A stretch of DNA of 64,000 bases from positions 1 to 64,000 of the forward strand of contig JASANG010003494.1 of assembly GCA_030248215.1 (NCBI GenBank), read 5' to 3'. The notes under the pieces are model-generated. The model worked only from the letters and a program-made list of their open reading frames with translations. It made no database searches and had not been told where the DNA came from. Shown here piece by piece: positions 12,401 through 27,400 of the stretch (positions within the stretch are counted from its first letter, which is position 1; every line of letters begins with the position of its first letter). Position numbers and translations under genes: made by a program. The stretch is from Enoplolaimus lenunculus (Eukaryota).

Positions 12401-15400
12401 CTGTACTATAGCTTCGGGTCGCGGCTAAATGCAGGCAATAACTTTAAGGGCCACAAAAGGATGTCTCATTCTCGTATACACTTTCCCTCACACGATAAAT
12501 GCTTAGGCTTAAGCTTAGGCTTCATTAGGTAATGTTTAGGTAAAGGTTTATGCTTAGGTACCTAAGCGTTTTGCCTAAAGTTACTGTAGAGTCCCAAACA
12601 AGGCGATCGACTGATATTGATTTTGTCTCGCGAGAATATATCGACTATCATTCGGTTGCGGACTGTTATTCATTCTTAATTTATCCCATGTTGGTTGCAC
12701 GGCCGTCCGCACGCGGGGGGGGGTGGGCATCTGGACCCGTGCCCGGCCAAATTTGGCTAGTGCCCCTCAAATTGACTCGGCCTAAAAGTAAACAATGTTA
12801 AGTTGCAATTGTACGGACGCCCCAAAATTATTCGGTGCCTTCCAAACATAATTTTCTGCGGACGCCCCTGGTTGTTTGACGCAACACCATTCTTTTTTGT
12901 ATTAGTTCTTTGGCGGAGGTACGGAATCTGGGCTCCCTAGGAATTTAACAAAAAGTGGCCTATCCCATAGATCTCGACGAGCTGAGTTCAACGGTACCAC
13001 ATTTATGGTAGCATGATCAACGGTTCAAAAGTTATGGCCCTCGAAATTACAGTGTAAACACGCAGAGATTGGAACAAAAATATCTATCATTAACCTGTTC
13101 GTAAAGCATAAGCTTTACCAGGTTTATTCGTTTAACAAATATGGTTGGCGTTTGTACATGTCTTATATAGCTAAAAGTTGAAGTTTGAAGGACCATAACT
13201 TTTGAACCGGGGAACCCACAGCCTTCAAAAGGGTACTACTGAAGCGCGTCGAAATCTATAAAATAAACTGTTTTTCATTCAATTCCTACAGGAGTCCGTA
13301 TTCAGTACATCCGCCCTTTCTTTTGTGTAGAACAGACTTGCTCCGAAGCATTTTTGTTGAATATCATGCCTGTTGAAATTTTTTCTACATTTTATAAAGT
13401 TTATAACAGTTGTCTGACTGTCTGATACATATTTGAACAGTCTAAGCCATTGTTCGGCCTTAGTTTCTTTGATGGACTCTAAAATTGGGACTTAAGTAAT
13501 CTATCTACTAACGGATTCTCAGTGGCGGATCCAGGGTGTCAAAATGGTGGGCCAAAATTTCACAGGTAATAAACTTACTTTTGACCCGCACACAAACCAC
13601 GAATTATTGTCATAAAATTGCTATATAATTTTTGTCGAGATGCTGTTGGGGGGGCCCACGGCCGGGGTGGCCCCCCATAGATCCGCCATTGCGGATTCTA
13701 ATACGCTGTCCACTAGTGCTAACTCCTATTGATTGCAACTCAAACCAAATACCCATTCTTACACCCTATCATCTTCGGGTTATTACAGTAAGCCTTTTCG
13801 TAAGCCTAAATTTAAGCAGCCATTTCTCATAATTTACAAGCGGACTAAAACTTTTCGAGGGGTTTAAAAAATTTTCATATGGAGCGAAGCCACATACCCA
13901 CCTGTTGTCGATTACGGGGGGGCATGCCTTAAACTCAGGATTACTGTAATCAATAGTTAATCGTTTTCGTAATGAAAAAAACGAGTCTCTGTTTTAGGTG
14001 CCGCCTTTACGCAGTCGGGTTGGTTCAGTGACAGCAAATTTGGCCAATTTAGACGACGAATTGGAATTGTCTTACGATACAGATTGCATTGCAAAATGTG
14101 CAACCTCAACTCCTGCAGGTAAACTCAAAGTATTCGGAAGGAGGGATGATTAACAACAGATTTAGCGAGAGTCGTCGCGTTATCTTTTTAGTGTTTGATT
14201 TCGGTTTCTTTGATATTTCCGCTCTCCGACACTTCGTTCATACATTTAATGTTTTGGCTGAAGCAAAAGCCGTAGGCTCATCTTAGACGTTAGCAGAAGC
14301 GTAAGCATAGGTTTAGCCTTTATGCTTGGTGAAGCCTGAAGCATTTTCTAAACCAAACTCGAAGCCTAAAGCCTAAACTAGGCCCGTAGCCAGCTCACCA
14401 TGCTAGGGGGCTAAAATTTTCTAGGAAGGGCAATTCATGGGTTTTTAGTGACTTGCAAGCAAGGTTGAAAATTTTCTGGGGAGGCCAAAATTTTTCCAGG
14501 GGGGGCTGACCCCCCCTGGCTACGAGCCCTACCTAAACCCTACAAGCCGGAATGTCTTAAAATTTTCGATGTACACGGCCGCAACTAATGGCTATTTGCA
14601 GTGTATTTTTTAAGCTTGTATTTCGCGACAACGAAAACTTCCAAAATTCCACTCAAAGTAGTATAAAAAATACTCACTCAAGGACATGTATTCTCATTAT
14701 GTGTGTAGCACCTATCACCAGTTCGTGATTGGTCTTTAAACTTTCGAACCAGTGCCTGGGAAAGATCAAAATTCAGCACTTTTTTCGAATACAATTTACT
14801 TTACTACTGTACCAATTTAGAGTTCAACAACTGCGATAGTTATTGAGTTTCATAACTTATTTCTAACTGATGGTAGTTGTTATACACATTTGAGAATACT
14901 GGCCAAGCACACAACTTTTATAAATAACCAACAATTTCCATATCGTTAGTGCCGGAGCTGAAAATGGATGTTCTGCCGGAACCAAAGGCAAACCTGCGGA
15001 TGTAATCTGTTAAAATTCGTAGAAAGAAGATTATATTCCGCACCTTCAAACCGTTCAAGCACCCGCGCCGTAGAGAGTAAGAGCCACAGGGCTCAACGTC
15101 AGCAGCAAATTTTGTTGCCTCTCTAAGCATTGACGAAGGCAGTGTTTTGGAAAGAGGAATACACAAGTTATTACATTCTATAAGAATTTCGAAGGGCGGC
15201 GTTTTGTGTTCAAAACTGAAACCGTGTCTAAAAACTGTGCATAAAAATTCCGTAGGGGGAATTGACCCTTGACACTCCAGCTTCAAGCTACACCCCAAAC
15301 CAATCTCTGGGCCCTTTAGCAGAGGTGAAACAAGCGCCTTGCAACCGAATTGAGCTAGAAGCCAGACGCCATTGCTTTAATTTGCTTGGATTCGGTGCGT

Positions 15401-18400
15401 GAGTCCAAAATTGCCCTTAGATCCGCATATGCCTTTATATTAAATGTCCATCGGCATATTTCATTGACACCTCTAATGCCAGCGCTAGAGGTATGTACTG
15501 AAGAAATTTCGTGACCGAAGCAAGCCACAATATGTTTTACCAAGAGTGAATAATCCCTATTTAACATGATTGTGCAACTGGGCACATTCTGTGTAAAAAT
15601 GAATATACCCGGCACGCGCTGCGTTCTTGCCCTAGCCCCCTTTATTTAGAGGGAAGTACAACCAGTGAGAACCAAGGCACTTTATGTACGCGGCGTCAAA
15701 CATGCTCCCCTTACACCCGGTGGCACATTGGGTACCATGCGGGACCCCAAGAGTTGCACACCCTTGTCATTATCCACTCTTGGTTACGCAGTCATCTTTC
15801 ACTTTCGGCTGCCCCATGCAGTTAATCGTGCAAAACCATCACAGTTCGATATGCTAGAACTAACGCATAAAACCAGCTGTTTAACACAATTTGGAAAGAA
15901 ACACACAAAAATGAATAACACTGGTGTGGCAAATATTTTAGTCGTCATATATTAAATTACTGCAACGTTTGTTAATTGTCTCTGGTTCCTCTGCATTCGT
16001 ATAAATCTTTCGCCTTTTACTAAAGATTTCCGTGCAGAGGAGCAATTATGAGTTTTATCTATCTTTGGGGCCCTTTCTTGAAGGGCAAATAGAAAGGCAA
16101 AGTGAAACGATGGTGTAGATGTTTCGCAAACTTATTTAATATGCGAAAAGGAGGGTTTGTATCAACGTTTCACAAGTTTATTTACTAAAGATTTCCGTGC
16201 AGAGGAGCAATTATGAGTGTAATCTATCTTTGGGGCCCTTCCTTGAAGGGCAAATAGAACGTTAACACAAAGGATAGCAAAGACGTTTCCTAGTTTATGT
16301 AATACGCGAAGAAGAGGAGTTGTATTAACGTTTCACTAGTTTATTGCTACCATAGTGACCCGAATAAGAGAGGAAATGTATAATCAAAGTCGGGTATTTT
16401 GGGTCGCGAACAACTGGAATTTATTTGCTTAGTTAGAATCCGTAAATAAAATTCAAATTTATTAATTAATTGTCTACAAGCGTCAATTGCCATAATTGGA
16501 TTACGTAAATGCTTCCTGAACCAAATTTATTTCAGTACAAAATTTTATTTATCACTCAAAGTAGCAATGTTGCCTATATTCGTACCAGCATACTTCAGTC
16601 TTTAAAGGTAGGTATATTCCAAAACTTGAACCGCAGAAATGACCGGCGAAAATAATGTGGAGGGAGTACAGTCGGAATAAGTTATAACTGGACAGGGACG
16701 TATACGAGTGCGATAGGGTAACTATATCCCCCCAAATTCGTAGACAGATTCGAAAAAGTCACTTTTATAAGGTTGTGAAATAATTGTGAGAGAGCAATGG
16801 CGGATCCATGGTGGGCCCACCCCGGCCGTGCCCCCCTCCCAACAGCATCTCGACAAAAATTCTATAGCAATTTTGTGACAATAGTTCGTGGTTTGTGTAT
16901 GGGTCAAAAGTAAGTTTATTACCTGTGAAATTTTGGCCCCCCCATTTTGAGATCCTGGATCCGCCACTGTGAGAGAGCTCATAAAATTTTTTTCCCGTTT
17001 CGCAATACTTAGACTAAATTATCCCACCGAAATTAAATCTTGACTACACCTGTGAATTTGATTGAAAAATCAAGAAAAAAGACAACCCGAATCCGAATAA
17101 CGCGGAATGTACCCTCTAGAGAGGTGTAATAGATATCAAGTATTCACCCTCTTTTTCAGGTCATTGCAGTACAAAAAGTTAAGTCTCTTATTCGGGTCAT
17201 TACAGTAAAAAAGTTAAGTTTGAAATTTTGTATTCCAATTTGAAGATTGCAATACCATGCTACTTTGAGGAGCGAACCATTTTTTCACGGGACTATAATA
17301 CAGTAAGCGTAACCTTCTGACTTATTTTTTTGCTTAGGTTTAGGCTTATGAATACTTATGCTTATACTACAATTACGCCCATCAAAGTATATAACATTGG
17401 CTGCAAATATTAAACTTGATGGAAAGTACGTTTGAAATATCGGTCATTTACGTTATCCCACCAGCCCGCGTTTGTCCAAAAATGGTTTGATTTTGAAAAT
17501 TTTCACATGTTTGAGCTTCTCATTATCTCCTGTGATCATTCTACGCCACAATTGGGATTTTTGAAAAATTCAAATTGAGGCGTGGAATGGTTAGGGAAGG
17601 TCGTGAAAAGGTCGAATATGTAAAAATTTTTTAAATCCAACGATTTTTGGACAAACAAAGGCTACGAGAAAAATAACAGAAAAGACCTTTGAATATAAAT
17701 GTTTCACTGCGCGAGAACACGCAAGAAAGCCAAAAATACGTTCTAACAAATTTGGAACTAATCAAAGGCATATACAAGTGTATGGGTAGACGGTATATCG
17801 CATTTCTAACTAGAAATTTCTAGAAATACAGGAAACAGTCCTCTTAACAAACTTCAGAATAACATTCAATACAGCCTGGCTGCTAAGGAAATGGCCGTTG
17901 TCCCCAAAGACCCAACTTTTGAACGTGTGTATGTATATTATTTTGAGTTGCCTGTTCGTTACAATGTCAGCCATTCAGAATCAACGTAAACGCGAAACCT
18001 AAATTTGGCCATTTTTTGGGTTCACTGTGAAACCAAAGATACATCCGACAAAACCAGCTACGGTGACTTTGACCATTGTAAAGAACAGGGGCGAAACAAT
18101 ATTATAAGCATATTCCTAAGCCTAAACCTAAGAATAAGCCTAAGCGTAAGAATGAGCATATTCGTATAAGCGTAAGCCTAAGCCAAGCAGAAAAAATAGT
18201 CTAGAACTTTAGCTTACTCGTTTCTAGTACCACAAAAAACGTTCCGCCCCTGATCTTTACATGAGCTGTGACTTATAATTAGAGCGATAAAATGTGTCGC
18301 GTTTGGCGTTGATTACCTTTTTTTCTACCATATGTAATATTATTTAGCATTTCTCCTTCAAATCGAGTACGTAGCCAAGGGGCCCAGGGAAAACTCAGTC

Positions 18401-21400
18401 AACCCACCTGGAAAAATTTTCACCCTTGTACAAAATTTTCAAAAGTCATTGAAAACCCCTGTATGCCCCTCCTGAAAAAATTTTAGCCCCACCCCCGTAG
18501 CACGGTGAGCTGGCTACGGGTCTGCTTCAAATGCTGCAATTTATATAAATATTGAGTTTCGTAACATCTCAATATGTTCATAGCAGCTTCTGTTTGTCGT
18601 GTCGTAACCCTTACTAAATACCACAATTAACATCTGTTTATCTGGTCTTCATATCAGACCTTTTGTAATATGCTGCCTTTACTAAGTTCAAAGGATGCTC
18701 CGCATATCGCATCATTGGCCAATTTTTATCTGAGGATAGTGACAGTGATAAAACATATTCCCTAGCCTAAAAGCCTCAGCGTAAAGATAAGCTTATAACT
18801 ATGCCTAAACCTAAACAAAATAGAATTTTGCGTGAACTGAAGCCGGCGGTGAAATGATTAGTACGAAGTTGAATTTGCTAATTTTAACAAGGTATCGAAG
18901 TTATTCGTGGTATGATGGCGAATTCGAACACACAAAAGGTAACAAAGAAATCCAGTTTAAATTCGGCCTATTTTGAACGAATCAGTTTGTTGTATAAAGT
19001 TGTTAATTGTAATCGAATTAGTAGTATACGCCAAAACAATTCATTGAATATATATAATCCAATAAAGTGTCGCATCAGAAGGATAAAACCACTTACAATA
19101 ATTAGAGATTTCGGTCGAAACGTAGAAAACTATTGAGATCAACTTTAAAAGCAAAAGTGATTTAAAATTTTTTGCCATTTTTTGCACAGATAACATTTAT
19201 CCTATATTTTGGCTTCGCCCAAAATACGTAATTAAAGCGTTTCCGCTAGATTATACAACCTGTATGACGCCAGTCAATGAGTTTATAAACATTATAAACC
19301 GATAAATGGTTTACAACCCGAATTATTAAATTGACAATATCATACAGCCTGTATGGCGATAGTTAATGAATGCATAAACAGTCTTATATAATCACAAACC
19401 GTTTAAAACCGGAAGTATAAAATCGTCAAGATGTATACAGTCTGTATGGCACGAATGATGAATGTATAAACAGAGAAGTATTTGATAGCTGGAAACATGA
19501 ACTTGTTGCGTACATTGGGCTCCCGCAGATTTTTGGTTTTATTACAATTTCTCATTGACAGAGGCGTATAGAATGAGGGAGAAGACGGAGCGGCCTCAAA
19601 ATCGAAAAGTAAGCCAATGTATAGGACAGCGCCATCACGCTCATATAAGCATATTTCTCAGCTTAAGCCTAAGCCTCAGCGTAAGGCTAAGCCAATGCCT
19701 AAGCATAAAAATGTCGGAAGCTTACTCTGTTGCAATTAAATTTGAGCATTGGCTAATAGGCTAATTAAGCTTCGCCGTAGCTTAGGTTTTTGCAGGTTAG
19801 GTGCTTCCATTTAGCTTTAATAGTTTGCGTAAATATTTCAGTGCATAAAAACGTATTAAAAATATACTCAATTCAAGGTCGAACTTCTGTATTTGATATT
19901 AATTTTTCACCAGTTTTACCCCTTCAACTGCAACCTGTTTTAGTGCTTTAGAGCTAGAGCCATTGCACAAAAACTTCAGCTGGAAGTTCTCGCTACAAAA
20001 ACTTGCACCCACTCTAGCGGACACAAGTCGGACATTCAGGACTATGATCGCCAACGGGGACCAAAACCAAAATTTTAAGCTTTACTGGCGAGAGTCGCCT
20101 GACTTTAGCCAAATGCATGGAGTCCCATCCGCTTAACAGAACATTTATGGATGACGTGACAAATCCTTTTTCGAGTGGGACACCAAAAAATTTCGAGTTC
20201 CTCTTTGTTGTCACACGAGACGAGTTAAAGCGGCCGGCGTGGCAAACCCATCAGGACGAGCAATATGGGCACCAATCCACAATAACGTAATGGCGCGCCA
20301 TTGCAAACGACAAACAAGACGTGACAAACCTACTGTGACACGCTTAAAGGCGTTATTCAATTCCGTGAAGGAGGGACTACCAGTTTGGGGGTCACATTCT
20401 TTGGTGCGTCAGTTCAAGACATGGGAAAAGTAGAAAAACATTTTTGCAGATTGCGAATCCCTATTACCGCTTATGTATACAGTTTGTGATTGCAGTACAG
20501 CAGGTGACGACGGTCTATCGATGCTGAAACTATTATTCATGGAATGACCCAACACTGAGGTGCTGTTAGATATCTAGCACATAATGAGGCAACCAGCACT
20601 AGCCTGTTGTCCGGAGTCCCATCCGCTTTACAGAAGATTTATAAATGGCGTGAGAAATTTGATTTTTGAGTGAGACCCCCAAGATTTCGAGCACCTCTTG
20701 ATGTAGCATTCTAGACTGTAAACTTTCCTCAAACCTTAAGTCCCACATGTTTCATTCAATCAGGAGCAGTAGCGAAAAAAAGATTCTTCTTACTAAAATA
20801 CAAAGCTGTGTTAGAATTAGAATTATGCAATAACCACACAAAGTTACCTAAACATTGCATATTGCTTTATCTAGTGATAATTCTACGTTATTTCGTGTAG
20901 AGCTCTTATCGAAACATTTGCTGCGGATCTTGTGGAAATTGAACCCTGGCGTACGGATATCCGACCCGCTGCCCTAGCCCCTGAGCTACACAGGCATGCA
21001 AACTTTTCGCTACAGTGGCTATATATACCATAAGTTTGGTACTGCAATAGACGTACGTGTATGAATGCGCCGCGAAACCGTTTGAACTGGATGCCATCTT
21101 TCACATTCCCCAACCGATTCTGCTAAGTAATTCAGCTAATCAGTATTATATTGAGACTTTTACAAAAAATTTTCTGTGGACGCCGTGCGAATCCAACCCA
21201 CGCAGTACCGATTACCGGACCGCTGCTGTAGCCACTGAGCTACGCAGCCATGCAAACTTTTCGTAACTGTGGCTCTATATACCGTAAGTTTGGTAGTACA
21301 AATGAGTATTTGACTACGTCTCTGAACCGTATGTACTGGAGAGCGTTTCTCGCATTTCGCAACCGATCCCGCTAAGTTCTATGTTAAGCAGTACGATATA

Positions 21401-24400
21401 AATATTCACTGGTCGAGTGTTGCCGGAACTTTATTTTTAATTTAAAACGCGCACCCAAAAGCTTAGAACTACTGTGTAATTGATTATCTGCTTTTAGTTT
21501 TGGTAAACTGGAATTTAACGAAAATCGCTGCATAGAGCGCAATTCACGGCGTGGTTCCATTTCCGGTGATTATTTAATTTTGACTCTTGGCTGCAGTTAA
21601 TAGATCACGTGAATCATGTCAAAAATACAAAACGCTTTTTTGATGCACGCTGAACAGCGTTTATTGTCGCGTTCGTACATGTTACGATTAAAGCCGTCGT
21701 AAAATTCCGGGAAAGCAAGTGACAAAGCTACTGTGACACACTTATAGGCGTTATTCAATTCCGTGATGGAGGGACAAAGAGATTGGGAGTCACAATCTTT
21801 GGTTCGTCAATTCAAGACATATAGCAGAAGTAGAAAAACTTGTTTTCTGCGTGCAAGACCCGCCGTAGATTGCGAATTCCTATCACCCCTTATTTACACA
21901 GTTTGCGATTGCAGTACAACAGGTGAGAATGAACAATCAAAGCTGAAACAACTATTCATTGAATGGTCGAACACTATGTTGTGGTTGGATATCTGGCACT
22001 AAATGAGGCATCCAGCACTAGCCTGTTGTACGGAGTCCCATCCGCTTTACGGAATATTTATGAATGGCGTGGCAAATTTGATTTTTAAGTAAATACAAAA
22101 GCATTCGTTATAGAATACTCAACAGTCCGTTATTGGAAGAAACAAACCTGCTACTGCTTCCAATCAATAAAGTAACCACCTTTAAATGGTACAGAAATAG
22201 GTGCTGCTGTGACGAGATCAAAACTCTTTTACAAGGTCTCACTATACCTATGCCACCAATAGTAAGCAGCGAACCATTACCAACGGCTCATATTTTGCCG
22301 CCTCAACCAAAGCAGCCTGCTCATCAAACAATCTCTATTGTAGAGCTTCGATTGCAACTGCGTACTTGCGCTGAAACGGCTCCTGCTGCCTACGCATAGC
22401 GATAGGTTTAAGCTTATATAGTACGCTTATACTAATGTTACGGCCTGTTTATATATTGCCCGGTGAAACACATTGTAATATCGTTATGTATCGCATTGCC
22501 TATATAAGCTGTCTAATGTCTGTAGGGTACACAGGCTCGTAGCCAGCGCAACTTGCTAGGGGCTGAATATTTTTCAATGCTAGGGAGGTTAAAAAATTTT
22601 TAGGAGAGGCATATAAGGGTTTTTGTTGACTTGCGAGTTTGAAAATTTTATAGAGGGCCCAAATGTTTCCAGCGTAGACTAGCCCCCCTGTTATCCTATG
22701 GCTACAGGCCCGACTGTTTCTTTGCGGACCACAATAAAAAACTTAAATTTTAGACATTTTTCGTAACGCTTCTTATGCTTAGGAGTATGACGCTTAGGTG
22801 TAGATAGGTTTATTCTTTCGTTTAGGCAAGGCTAAAGCTTAGGAATGTGCTTGTAGCAATGTCGTCGCCCTGTTCTATACATTGGCCGCTGAAACAGGCT
22901 TGAAGTTCGTGTGTGCTAAACGTGTTCATATATGATTTCTATAGCAAGCATGTTTAATCACTATACGTACTTAAATACGTGTTGATTTGTTTATATCTTC
23001 AACACAAACCAGAGTACATGACATCTTCATTTAATATTTTTAACAAATAATCTCTAGGGCAAAACTTTGTTTTGCCCTCAACTTTTCACCCCATTTACCC
23101 CCTGGCAGCGAAAAATGTTCCCGAGCTTCATCCTCCTGCGGAGAACAATCTTCGCTAGAAATTGAGACATTTGAATCAACTTGCTTTATGCTAGCCAGTC
23201 ATAAAGCTCAATATTGAAACTGTTAGTATTTTGCCAAAAAATTGAAATAAATAATGTTATCTGATTTGTTAAAATTCAAAATTTCAAACAAACCATCCAA
23301 CAATTGGTTGCATATTAAGGGTGTTCATATTGGTAGTAGACTTGTTTACATATTGGTAGTAGACGTGTATACCTATTGGTAGTATGCGCGTCTGCGGAAG
23401 CAGATCAACGTGGAGAGGCCGCTGTACAGATCAGGCGTGGACCGTTTATCCACTGGGCTGCAATCGAGTAACCTAAGCTTTAGACTACTTTTTCCTTAGG
23501 CTCAGGCTTAGGCTTAAGAAAACAAGTTTATAATATTGTTACGGTCCCTATATTACACGATGCGAAGTTTACCCCTGCGAATAAGTGTTCCTAAGCTATA
23601 ACCAATAATTTGCTTTCGACCCTATGTAATAAATTTATACGCAATTAAATGTTGCTTTCACGGTTATATTTTTGGATTTAATGTTGTACGTAAGGACTTG
23701 TTGAGCGCATAAAAAGCAAGCCCGTAGCCAGCTTATGTTGCTAGGGGGCAAAATATTTTCGGAATGGGGAATACAGGAGTTTTCTGCAGGCCTGAACTGT
23801 TGGTTGTCGAATAAGCAAATACCCTTCGGGCCACTTACTTGTACTACCCAACTCTGAGATGCGGGTCTATATCACTGTGTTGCATTAGCAAAATCTGTAA
23901 CGCTTAAAATAACTAGAGTTTATCTGTCCCTTCCTTGGCTACAGGCCCAATGAAAAGGTGCCACAAATAAACTGAATTCAAGGCGCCAATTTTGTATTTT
24001 ATCTTAATTTATTACTCATTTAACCCCTTTACTACAACAAGTTTTAAACAAATCAGCTGCAGCTGTCGCTGCAGAAAATTGCACTCGCTGATAGACTCAA
24101 GCGGGACAGCCAAATGTAGGCCAAAATCACTCTTCTGGGCCAAAAACGTTCATTTTGGAACACATTTAGATATCAAGCTTTGAGCAAAAGAACCTATTTT
24201 TGCGTAGATTATATTTCTGGAATATTGATTTTAGGCCAAAAATGACCCGTTTTGACCAAAAAAATCCATTTTAAAAGACATTTATCTAACAAGCGTTGAG
24301 CAAAACGTCCTCGTTTTTGGTATATTTCATTTCTGGGAAAAATTCTTTGCCAAAAATTACCCTTTTTGGCAAAATAATCCATTTTGAAAGACATTTAGCT

Positions 24401-27400
24401 AACAAGCGTTGAGCAAAACGTCCTCGTTTTTAGTATATTTCATTTCTGGGATAAAATTTTTTGGCCAAAATGACGCTTTTGTCCAATGATCACCCGTATT
24501 GGCCATAAAGACCTATTTTGACCAAAAAATCTTTTTTGGTAGATATATTAGAGTTTTACAATTACCTAAAATGCCTCCTAAACAGAGTTTATCAAAGACT
24601 GAGCGGCGAAATCGATTGCGCTTATTGAATTCCATCCAGGTTAAGCTCCTCCGCCTCGGTCAAATGGGCGCTGATGACGGTCGAGATTGATCGATGTCCG
24701 TGGTTTAAGGCAAAATGAAGTCTTTCTGGCGAGCAATTTGCGTGTACTTTCAAGTTTCACGAACCTCAAACAATAGCAACCGCATAACAGCTTGTTACGA
24801 AGCCGCTTTCTTTGTCATTTACATCAACACTGCCAATGATTATACAGCCATCTGATAACAGCCAAAGTACAGGTGCCACCGTGGAAACGCCTAGTGTGGA
24901 AACGTCGACTGCCAGTTTCTATGCAGAGGTTGACTTAGTTGCTGAAAAAAGGCAACTACAACCGTTGCTGAAAAATTGCAATCGCATCCAATTGACTTTA
25001 CAATCATGTGACGCTAGCAATGAATGTTAAGATCTGTTATAATTTGGCCGCAAAATACATACGCTGGTTGCGGTGTGAAATACATTCTATTGCGTTCTAG
25101 AACGTTGGGAAATAATCCAATTGCGTTGCGAATAAACATAGAATTGCATAGCGACACTTATTTGCAATTATCAATGGCTTGGCCTCCGACACCAGCATGC
25201 GAAGAAGTCAGTCGGTTGAAAGATCTGCCGCCTGCAAATGTTTCCTTTTAACGCATGCTCGCGATGTCTTGAACCGCTTCGATTTACTAAAAGCCGCAGC
25301 GACGACGTTTTGCTATGGCTCGGTCTTGTAGATTGATTCCACGAAAAAATACAAAGAAACTTAAAGGCCATGGTGTTTGATCAGCAAACTGGGCTATAAG
25401 CATTGGAAATGTACGCGGGAAATACTTGAACGCGCCTTAACGACATCTGAGAGCATAGGATCGCTGCGACCAATGGCGGAAGGTTTGCTACAGCGCTTTC
25501 AGTGAGCCAACAATCCTCCACCACCGCTTATTTACACAAATCGTGATTACTGCACGGCAAGTGAACACGGTCAATCAGAGCTCAAAAAATTATTAATTGA
25601 ATGGCCGAATATCGAGGTGTAGTTGGATATCTGGCACTACGAAACGTTGCCGGCTTTAGCCTATTGAACGGATTTCCATCCGCTTTAGGGAACATTCGTG
25701 AATGGTGCGACAAATGCTATTTTCGAGTGGGTTAACGAGAATTTCGAGCGCCTTCTTACTGTCAAGCGACAAGAGTTGATAGCGGCCGGCACGGAACAAG
25801 CAATATGGACCACAATTATCAAAAACAGAATGGCGCGCCATTGTAAGCGACAAACAAGAGCGGGCAAAACTACTGTGGCACAACAGGCGGAACAGAAAAA
25901 ACACGTTCCCTGCATACAAGACCCGCCAGAGAGTGTGCTGTATGAACAAATTGTCACTATGACAAAACATGGTGTCAGTTTGTACATATATCGTTGCGCG
26001 AGAGGTTTGATGTCATTAGAAGATTTCTACGTTCATCTCAACTAATTTATTCCAGGCACAACGGTCACTATGTTAATAACTTTCAGGCATATCTTCTGGA
26101 AGAAATAACGATGTGGAATGCCGATCGAGCTGCGGCCGCAGCAACACTATCAACATCTAGGCGGCACTCATATGATATCAAGCTGTAGGATAACCCGGAA
26201 TCTCCAATTCCAGGCTACGTTAAGCCTGCTGTATGTTCTGGCAAACTATTTGGTGTCGACTATATGTTGAAACATCAGGATATGACATTGCTCACAGACA
26301 AAGATTATTTAGATCATCGTGTTGAAGAAGGAAACGACGAAGTCGTTGCCGATATAACGGAGACCAGCTGACAAAAAGATGATCTCACAGTCTCGGTCAA
26401 GTTGACGATGAAGGACAACAGGATTCGATCGCCGCAGATAATTACTGTTTCCAGGCTGTAGCTTTCGAATTTATACAAAGATTAGCAGTCCAGCCGCAGA
26501 GATTGCTAATATTAGCGCTTGTATCAATACCTCGATTATTACCACGAGAACCCAAAGAATTTCGAACCAAGGTACAAAGAACAAAAGGATTGATGCAAAC
26601 ATAAAGCGGGCAGGTCATGCAGATAAAGGCTGTCAAACGATGTTTTATTACTGGTGGGCAACCAGCTTTTTTGCCATCGCATAACCGCATAACAGAGGCG
26701 ATGTGTGTCAAACTGACTGATAGTACTCATTTACATAAAAGATTCTCGAGACCTAAAGAGCCGCATATATCGCGATGGAAGCTTATTTTAAGCAAATACA
26801 ACAACATTCGTTATAGAATACTCAACAGTGCACTATTTGAAGAAACAATCCTGCAGTTGCTTCAAAAATAGGTGCCGCTGCGACAAAATCAAAACTTTTT
26901 TTACAAGATCTCGCTGTACCTAAACTACCAACAGTAAACAGCGAACAAGAACCAACGACTCAAATTTTGCCACCTTAACCGAAGCAGCCCGCTCACCAAA
27001 CAATCTCTAACTACGTTCTTACGCTTAAATGGCTCCTGCTGCGTTGTTGGCCACGGTACATCAGCAGCAACTAGAAGTTCAATTCAGAGATGCTCCAAAG
27101 GTACACACAAGTCCTGAAAGTGTAAGTGGGCAACAACAAACTGCTTCAATAGCCTCCACAACTGTTTCGTCTCATTTTTCCCGGACAACCAAAAGGCGTA
27201 GACGTAAGGAACATCTCGAGGGCAGTGCGTTGTGCCGAAGACCTCAGAAAGCAATATAAATGCAAAAATACGGTTAAGCAGCTTCTCATGAAACCAGACA
27301 TTCGCGGTATTCCGTAAAAATGAAGGCAGCCAGAGAGGCAAAAAAAGCAAAATTGACGTAAGAATGCACATGGAGAATTAAGTACACAGACAAAATTGTA

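Noticed and set aside
14918..15535. Coding-looking minus-strand frames of 126 and 86 aa
   Set aside because: No recognisable motif, the frames do not join, and the upstream ORF starts inside a MITE. Could be a decayed gene; a BLASTX would decide.
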